Assembly (NCBI RefSeq): GCF_009914755.1
Contig: NC_060942.1
Source: the human T2T-CHM13v2.0 reference genome, Homo sapiens
DNA length: 64,000 bases
Direction: 5' to 3' (one strand)
Made by a program: the position numbers and the translations under genes. Below, piece by piece: positions 55,001-64,000 of this stretch; the first letter of the stretch is position 1, and each line of letters begins with the position of its first letter. The notes below the pieces were generated by a model. The model saw only the letters and a program-made list of their open reading frames with translations, was not told where the DNA came from and searched no databases.

Positions 55001-58000
55001 TTCTTTGAAAAAATAGACAAATTTTGGTTTTGATGATCTTTTGTATGGGTTTTCCTGTCTCAAATCTTTCAGTTCAGCTCTGTTTGGTTATTTATTTTCT
55101 CTGGCTACATTTGGGATTGGCTTGCTCTTGTTTTTCTAGTCCCTCTAGGTCTGATGTTAGATTATTAACTTGAGATCTTTCTAGCTTTTTCATGTAGGCA
55201 TTTAGCACTATAAACTTTCCTCTTAACACTGCTTTAGCTATATCCCAGAGAGTCTCGTATGTTGTATGTTTGTTTTCATTCATTTCAAAGAATTTCTTGA
55301 TTTCGGCTTTAATTTCATTCTTCAACCAAAAATCATTCAGGAGCAGGTTGTTTAATTTCCATGAAATTGTATGGATTTACAAGATCTTCTTGGTGTTGAT
55401 TTCTGTTTTTATTGAACCAAGGCCTGAGAGTGTGGTTGGTGTTTTTTTTTTTGTTTGTTTTTTTTTGAATTGGTTGAGAATTGCTTTATGGCTGAGTGTG
55501 TGGTCAGTCTTAGAGTATATATTATATGTTATGAGCAGATGAGAAGAATGCATATTGTGTTGTTTTGGGTGGGGTAGATGTCTGTTAGGTCCATATGATC
55601 AAGTGTCAAGTTTAGGTCCTGTATGTCTTTGTTAGTTTTCTGCCTCAACAATCTGTCTAAAACTGTCAGTGGGGTGTTAATGTCTACCACTATTACTGTG
55701 TGCTTATCCAAGTCTCTTTTTAGGTCCCTAAGAACTTGCTTTATGAATCTGAGTGCTCCAGTGTTGGGTGCATATATATTTAGCATAGTTAAGTCTTCTC
55801 GTTGAATTGAACCCTTTATTATCATGTAATGTCCTTCTTTGTCATATTTGATCATTGTTGTTTTAAAGTATATATTTTTTTCTGAAATAAGAAGAGCAAA
55901 CCCTTCTGTATTTTGTTTTCTGTTTGCTGATAGGTCTTTCTACACCCCTTTACTTTAAGTCTATGGATGGCCTTTATTGTGAGACGGGTCTCTTGAAGCC
56001 AGTATACAGTTGGGTATTGCTTCTTTATCCAACTTGCCACTCTGTCTTATAAGTGTGGTATTTGGTCCATTTAAGTTAGGGTTAACATTGATATGTGACT
56101 ATACGATCCTGTCATCATGTTGTTAGTTGGTAGTTATGTAGACTTGATTGTATAGTTGATTTATACTGTCGGTGGGCTACGTACTAAAGTGTGTTTGTCT
56201 GGTGGCCAGTAACAATCTTCCATTTCTAGTTTAGCACCACTTTAAGGATCTCTTGTAAGGCAAGTCTGGTGGTAACAGATTACCTTAGTATTTGATTGTC
56301 GGAAAAGAATTTTATTTCTTATTTGCTTATGAAACTTAGTTTGACAAGATATGCATTTCTTGGTTGGAATTTATTTTCTTTAAGAATGCTGAATATAGGC
56401 CCCTAATCTCTTCTGACTTGTAACATTCCTGCTGAATGGTCTGCTATTAGACTGATGGTGTTTGCTTTATACATGATGTTCTCTTCCTCCTAGCCAACTT
56501 TTAGACATTTTCTTTCACATTGTCTTTGAATAATTTGATGACTATGTGTCTCGGGAATGGCTGTCTTATATAGTATCTCAGGGGTTCTCTGAATATCCTG
56601 AATTTGCATGTCAATCTCTCTGGTCAGATTGGGGACATTTTCAAGGCCCTTATCCTCAAGTAGGTTTTCTATGTTACTTGTTCCTTCTCCATCATAGATT
56701 TGGTCTCTACACAATTCCTTGTTTCTCAGAGGTTTTGCTCATTTTTTGAAATTCTGGTTTATTTATTTATTCTTTATTTTTTCCTGCCTTTGTTGATTCG
56801 AAGGAGCAGTCATCAAATTCTGAGATTCCTTCTTCTGCTTGATCTACTCTATCATTAATGCTTCCAAATGCATGATGAAATTTTTGTAGTGAATTTTTTA
56901 TTTTCAAAAGTTCAGTTTGATTCTCTTAAAATGGCTACATTGACCATCAGTTCTTGGACTGTTTTATTGTATTCTTTGGTTTGGGTTTCAACCTTCTATA
57001 TGTTGATAAACTTCCTTGCCATCCTGATTCTGAATTCAATGTCTGTCATTTTAGTCATTTCAGTCTGGTTAAGAACCATTGCTAGGCATCTAGTATGGTC
57101 ATTTGGAGGTAAAACATTCTGGCTTTCAGAGTTGCCAGATTTATTGTGCTGGTTCATTGTCATCTGTGTGGGGTGATATTCCTTTAGTCTTTGAAGTTTT
57201 ATACTTCAAATTAATTAATTACTGATTAAATTTCAGAATTAATTTTTGATCTGTTCTTAATTTCAACAAATTCCCGGTTTATTTTTAGGACATTCTATGT
57301 TTCCAGAAATCAATTAATTTTACTTTTACTTTTATATTCTTTAATGCCTTTGAGGGTTTGACTGTAGTACAAGTTGAGCTTAGTCCGGTGGCTTCATTTC
57401 TGCAAGCTTTCAGGGGGCCAAATCTCAGCTCAGCACTCCTGGGCTGTGTGCGCAAACTCTGAGGGCCTTGGAGAAGGCCCACAGCTTTGTTCTCTGGCCT
57501 CTTGAGATTAAACACCTGCTGCGCTAGAGGGGCTAAGGTTTTTGCAGTCTACTGGCAATAACACTCCAACGGGCTGCTGGCAAAAGCACCTTGGCAGGTT
57601 GGTTGTGATCCCACGCATGCATGGGTGCATTCAAGTCTGCATGTGCACATGCACTGGAGGGAAGCGGGGGGCTGGGAGGTTGGGAGTAGGAGGTCAGGCA
57701 GTCGGCATGCCTGAGCACCCAAGTGGGCTAGTGAGGGGAGGCTGTGGGTGGGTGTGTGCTGGTGGTGGAGTGCACCAGCTGGTAAGACTGTGGCAAGTGC
57801 ACCTGGTGACAGCTCATCTGCAAATGTGCTCCAATGGTTCGGCACTGTCTACTGGTGGAGGAGCTATGGCACTGGCTGCTGGCAAGCTGAGGCTGTGTTG
57901 CAAGTGAGTGTGACCAGGCAGGGACCCTGGGAGAGGCCAGCAGGCAAATTTGAGAGAGTAAAAATCAAATGGATCCTGATTTGAGCTGCTCAAATCAGAT

Positions 58001-58530
58001 TGGACCCATCTCACTGGCAAGACTGCCCTGTTCTGTCCATGTCTGGCAACCCAAAATGGCTAGAGCTCCCTAGAGGAATGTGGCAAACCCTGGGGATGAG
58101 TGCCCATGCCATTCTCCGGCTGTTCCCATGCCAAACACTCCGGGGTCCATGCAGGCTGGAGTTCTGTCTCTGCCAACACTCCAGGCAGTTTTCCCTGCCA
58201 GCTCAGATATCTGTGGAGGTCACTGGGTCTCCAGAAGCTAGGATACTGGAGGTCCGTGGTGAGAGTTGGCCACTCCATGCCTATTTCACTCACCCTTTTC
58301 CTAGGAGCTGTTTAGGGCCAGGAAAAAATCCTGGTGCTTAGCAACCCTTTGCAGGGATTCCAGCTTCCTCCCCATCCATCATAGGGTCTGTTTCCTCCCT
58401 CTGTCCATTTCCAGTGACTTCTTTCCTAAGATCTGTTTAAAGTGGGCTGGTCCACTTGATGGTCTGATCTCCCTCAGTGGGAAAAGCTCTTCCTGGAGGG
58501 GTCCAGTTTGCCATCTTGGCTCTGAACCCC
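52078..58530 (-). mobile_element. Near full-length decayed LINE-1 (L1PA15/16-like)
   Basis: T tail at 52078. ORF2 remnants: KEGHYMIIKGSIQREDLTMLNIYAPN (endonuclease, 55529-55855), [12 protein letters not shown] (55092-55325) and the C-terminal piece at 52258-52443. ORF1 remnant ENVPNLTREIDMQIQDIQRTP (56490-56714). GC-richer 5' UTR ending at 58530. Both ORFs are fragmented. Confidence 0.96.
58510..58518 (-). promoter_or_regulatory. YY1-type motif at the L1 5' end (CAAGATGGC)
   Basis: GCCATCTTG on + lies about 12 nt from the L1 5' terminus, the canonical position of the L1 YY1 site. Confidence 0.6.
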
Positions 58531-60789
58531 TTAAATTCTTAAGAAAATACGTTTATGTACAAATGAATCATAAATATTGTATTCAAATATTTTATTGCAC
58601 GGTATATAAAAAAACACTTTTGTTATTAAGAAACTATTACCAAATTATTTCATGGCATCTTGCAAGTCCATTATATAAAATTTGATTTTTGCTATCTCTA
58701 AAAGCAATATCTAAATACCTATATCAATTTAATTATATATGTTTATAGATAAACAGACCAATATGAATTAACATACAAAATATTTCTAAACTAATACTTG
58801 TAAATTTTATATATATAATATGTATATATATTTATATATAAATCAAATTTTGGGAACCTCTAGACCCATGAATTGGAAAATGAGGAAAAAATAAAAGTTT
58901 CTCTGCAACAGAAGACACAGTAATTTATATGGAATAAATTTTGAGGTTCATGCAGAAAGGATTTGGCAAGTCAAATAATTTGTAATCTTTCTCATCTAAA
59001 TGTTACTACTGCTCTAATCCTTTGCAAAACATAGTACAGACTGTCTATGATGTTGGCAACAATATAAAACATAAACCTTTGCTGCATTCTGATGCAGTTG
59101 TATTTTGTTTAGTGAAGACAGGGCTAATAGATATTAGTAAAGAGACTAGTTATTTAGGGTTATATTTTTTTCTCTTTCAGTTTGATGGTTTTGAATGATA
59201 AAGGCATTTTTATGTTCTTCAAAACATGCATTTTATGTGTATTTAGTTATGATACATGGGGCTCTTTTTAACAGGGGCTCTGACCCAGGAGTGGTACTGC
59301 AATTCAAGGGCTGAGAATGTCCAATAGAGTTAGCAACTCAAGGATTTAGGACTCATTATGCAGGATGAGGGAGATGAAAGTCAAAACTTAAAGAGTGAAC
59401 AGAATATTGAATCTGAAGGGAATACAACTTAAAGCTGGAGAAAGTTAATTCCAGCGGTATAAACTTTAGAAAAATTAGAGTTTAAAAATATAAAGTATAC
59501 TAAAGGAGAGTAAATATGTGCTGACTTCCACACTATTTATTTGTTTGTTTATATCTGTCAAATACTTATAGAGGTTGTTGCCTTTTATATGTGGTCCCAT
59601 AGAAATAGAAAGCAGAAGAAATGGTATTAAGGAGCATGGTTTTGCAATAGTCTGTTCTATGCATTATTAAGTTATAAGCTTATTTGGTGAAAGTTTATGA
59701 CTTTCAGTCAACCTATCTGTCCCCAAATCAATAAAAATAATCCAGAATGTGGCCATTAACATAAAATGTTTACGGTCCATGTCAGGGTGTACTGATTGAT
59801 TTGCATCATCTATAGTAAATCAGTTTGGAAGGTTGATTAAGTGATTTCTGTGTTTAATTCTTACAGTAGAAGTGCATTCAGTCTTTCTCTATGTATTGAC
59901 TACTCACACATCTACTGCCAGACACAAAATTCAGTCAAGCAAGCCATTGCATTTACTGCCAAACGTTATTATTTTAAGTAATTCAAAAAGAAATGAATGA
60001 GTTTTAGACAAAGATTTAGGCTAATAGAGGAATGGAACCTACTGTAACCAAGTACATTTACTTTTATATGGAAAGAATCTTACTCATAGTCGGCCCTAAT
60101 TGTAGAGCAGAATTTGAATTTGCTACAGAAATTTTCTCTACTTACAATTTAACTAGGCAATTCTCAACATTCATAATAAAATTTCAATGTTTGGAGAAAT
60201 ATTTTTCTACATTTCTGGTTTTTAATGTAAATTGTACAAGTTAATGTTTCGATTTTATTTAAAATATTTTCAAATATTTTTGAACTTACGGATAAACGAA
60301 ACGTGTGCTATTTAAAGGATGTTGAATTATTTACATAGAAAAATGAAACAGGATTACAAGGTTATGTTTTCCTCATAATGAAGAGATCTGATACTGTTTT
60401 GCAAACTGGGAATAAAACAGCATGACATGATTAAAAACATCCGGATTCCATAACACTGATACAACAAATTCTGAAGAAACTAAGGCAATGTGGAGCTGTG
60501 CACCCGTACATTGAATAATTTGTGCCAACTAAATAGTGATGGGATGACATTGGCATAAACATCTGTACTTAAACAATGTGTTTTTGCCACTTAAAAGAGA
60601 CACTAAAAATGGCAATCATTACATACCTGAGTTCATTTCCACATTTTAGAACTTAACAATATGAATTTTTTTTAAAAAAATACATAGTCTCTAGAGCATA
60701 TTTGATAAAATAAAATCACAGTTAGGGCTTCCTGGAGAGAGACAGCACATATGTGTGAAACACCCATGTGGCACCAGATTTTTTCTAGA

Positions 60790-60950
60790 TTCCTTGTTTA
60801 ATCTGTACACTAGGGCTGGGAGGCAGTATTATTGTCTTAATTTTACAAAGGATGACCCGGATGTTAGAAAGAATTGTCCAGTTTCACAACTGAGTGAAAC
60901 CGGAAATGAGAACAATCTAAAATAGAAGTCTATGCCATCTCAATTAGTTA
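60790..60950 (-). mobile_element. MIR relic
   Basis: GAGGCAGTATTATTGTCTTAATTTTACAAAGGATGA...AATTGTCCAGTTTCACAAC. Confidence 0.55.
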
Positions 60951-61899
60951 CACACCTCTCTCTGCAAATCAGAAGTGATGGAAATGAGTTAAAGGAGGAC
61001 ATTTTAATATTTTCCCCCAGACCCTTAAGAACTTGTTTCAATTTATTTGAGAGCCAGGTTACTCTCTACTTTTCTTTTTTCTTTTTCCAGGAACCATAAG
61101 AATTTTATTATAAGAAATTTGGAAAGCGGCTCTATTATCAATCTCATGTACATTAACATTGAAATTTCAAGTTGTAGTCAATTAAATTTTTTTTTGGATC
61201 TTGAAAGTTTAAACAGATTCCAGAATTTCTCTATGCTGCTTCAGGGCTTAACTCCAAGTGTCAGTCTCATAAATCCTCACTTTTCCTAGCTATTAAGTTA
61301 ATCTCTTTTCTGTCTGATGATTTGTAATAATAGTCAATATATATATATCACAATTTTGATAATAAGCATGTACAAAGTACATATTAAGTGATTTACATAA
61401 ATCATCTCATTTACTCCTCGTATCCATCTCTTTATATTATTATTTTTATTTTTTAAAATAAGAAATAAAAGCCTAGGATTATGCTAAGTAATATTTTATA
61501 TACTTGATTCTAGAAACTGAAAATGACCTGCACTAGTCAGAGAGAAAATGATTTAGAAATCTGCATATAGTTAAGTAGCAAGTAGATCTTTCTCAATTAA
61601 TGCATATTTCCCTCAACTTGATTAATATTTTCATAATACATCATAATACAGACTGTATAAGCAGGCCATATATTTCAGTATCCAAGACATCACAGTAAAT
61701 TACTTTGTCAGGTTCAGAGGAGCTATTCTTTTCTATGGAAGCTGATTTTCTAAATACCAACTATTTCTAAAGTGTTATTTCTGAAATACAAATAATATTT
61801 TTAAAATAGGATTTAAAATTATTATTTTAACAGAAGCTTTTCTAAAATCTCTACAAGTAAATAATTTTGATATAAAACTATATTTAAAAAATCAACTTA

Positions 61900-62199
61900 G
61901 GACGGGTGCAGTGGCTCACACCTGTAATCCCAGCGCTTTGGGAGGCCCAGGCAGGCGGATCACTTGAGCTCAGGCATTCAAGACCAGCCTGGCCAACATG
62001 GTGAAACCCCATCTCCACTAAAAATATGAAAATTAGCCAGGCATGGTGGCAGGTGCCTGTAAATCCCAGCTACTTGGGAGGCTAAGGCAGGAAAATCCCT
62101 TGAACCTGGGAGGCAGAGGTTTCAGTGATCTGAGATTGTGGCACTGCACTCCAGCCTGGACAATAGAGTGAGTCTCTGTCAAAAAAAAAAAAAAAAAAA
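61900..62199 (+). mobile_element. AluS element
   Basis: Full dimer with a long A tail. TSD AAAAAATCAACTTA at 61886-61899 and 62200-62213. Confidence 0.96.
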
Positions 62200-63079
62200 A
62201 AAAAATCAACTTAACTTAGCATTTGAGCCATTCGTTGTTTGTTGTAGCACTGTGGTAGGGACTTCATGTGGAAAATGTTGGCCTTACACTAAAAGGACTC
62301 ACAAGACTCTAGTTACAGGTTTCTTCTGAATGTACCTTAGCATGTAATAATCAATGTGACAGGCTTGCCCTTCCTTGTCAGCTAGTCAGTGTCAGTTTGT
62401 GCAGCTCTTAGCATTCCTCTCTCCAGGAGCCCCTCTTAAAATGTGCTGCTTCTACTTTATCATCAAGTAGAAAGCAACATACTAGGCTCAGTGGATTCAC
62501 ATGTAAGGTATATTAAATAGGCTTTTAACCAGGATCGGAGTGTATAAGGAACATTACATGAAATAAAGTTATGTCATCTATTTTGTCTCTTCACATGTAA
62601 CTTTTAAAACATTTCTTCTTTCTTGTCTACGTTCTGAAGAATTGAGAATATATAATCACCCTCGTTGTATATCATGGTATAATTATGTAGACAAGTATTG
62701 GAGGTCCAGAAAAGTTAAGGAATTAATCTAAGGATGCACAATTACTGTTCGTCCAGAGAGAAGTCAAATCCATTAGGTAAGTACTATGCTATTTCTTGAG
62801 AAGTGACGGGTCCCAAGGATTAAGATGATGGCTCTCCAGAAACTTGTAAGTATATTGGAGAGGCCAGATGATTCCTCACAGGCTTCATGGCTTCAAGTTC
62901 CAGTGAAACTGGCCTCTCCAAAGAAGCTGCAGTCAGCCGGTGGACACATAATTCTAATTAAATACTGTGCACTATGTTTCATGTTGATTACGTAAAAGCC
63001 TCTTTGAGGAAGTACAGTACAAATTGCATTATCCCTTTCATTTCAAACACTACCAGGTCATTTCCTCAGATTATGGATT

Positions 63080-63730
63080 ATCATCTGCATATCCATTGCC
63101 ACCAGAATCTTTATTGCCTATATTCTCTTCCCTTAACTTTCCCAATCTCTCTCCTTTTCATTCATTTCCAAGCTCATGCCTTTTGCTTTTTGCCAGCCAC
63201 TGAGAAATTGTGCTATGTTCTCAACCTCGTAAGCTCATTTTCTTGCTCTAATATGAAGACACTGCCTCTCTTAGAGCTTCCAGTCTCCACATCATTGTGG
63301 AAGATGAATCTAGCCCTCTTTATCGTCCGACTCCTCATGACCCAGATTTGTTTCTTTTACCACACTTTACCCGCATTTTCCCAAAAGTTTATGCATGGGC
63401 TTGTCATTTCTAGAAACTATTTTTTCAAACCTGCTGTCCTACTAGCATATTTACTATGTCTATCTATACCAGTAATTATTCAATGTCAAGGCTCCCAGTC
63501 CATTGACTCGAACTTGGTTTCTCTAACCATCACTCCATTCATATACTCACTTTCTTCACTCTCTGCCTTATATTTCATGCTGCACCATGAAAGTCACTCA
63601 CTAGCCAATGCCCTTATCTCTGTTTTCCCACCTCCTCCACAATGTACATGTTGAGCTATGTCCTGACACTGGTTAAGTCTAAATATTTGCATATTTACTT
63701 AATGCCTACCCAGCTGAACATCTGAAGACA
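63080..63730 (+). mobile_element. L2 internal relic
   Basis: Pyrimidine-rich L2-like sequence. GGGCTTGTCATTTCTAG resembles the L2 'LDLVIT' endonuclease-region codons. Confidence 0.5.
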
Positions 63731-64000
63731 ATTATCTAAGAGTATAGGAGGTGGAAAAGTTCTTATCACAGGTAAGCAGTCATGGGGTTCTTCAGAGGAA
63801 GGAATTAGGGTGTGCACTTATAGTATTGAAGTAATAGATGGCGATTCATGAAAGGAAAGCAACAATATCTCAGAGAAGATAAAGCAATGAGCTGAGCAAT
63901 GTTGGTTGTCACTAGAAAAGTCTGTACAACATGGAGGAATCATTAAGTTTAGAGAATACCATAGAACTCAATTAACTGAAGCTTTCACTTTTTTGTATCA

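Noticed and set aside
57533-58341. Cluster of overlapping ORFs
   Set aside because: GC-richer L1 5' UTR has few stop codons; no coding signal.

Overview
AT-rich, repeat-dense primate (human-like; AluY present) intergenic or intronic DNA. I can support no protein-coding gene, RNA gene or CRISPR array. The supplied ORFs are LINE/Alu/Tigger remnants, microsatellite artefacts or chance frames, many with TTG/GTG starts. Main content: a near full-length old L1PA15/16-type LINE-1 (52.1-58.5 kb, minus), a truncated L1 at the start, an old L1M body with nested MER4, MER96B and Alu insertions, Tigger1, MER45, MADE1, several solo LTRs, and L2/MIR relics. Repeat subfamily names come from recalled consensus similarity, not from a database run. 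I found no new multi-gene system. The most interesting signals are small rearrangement scars: an AluJ apparently split by a ~420-bp inversion, a tiny inverted L1 insertion beside it, a snap-back plus templated-insertion scar inside the large L1, and AT-rich inverted repeats. There is also a compact composite nuclear-receptor element, a candidate micro-exon, and a CTG/TGG repeat with a polyA signal and an antisense His/Gln micro-ORF.
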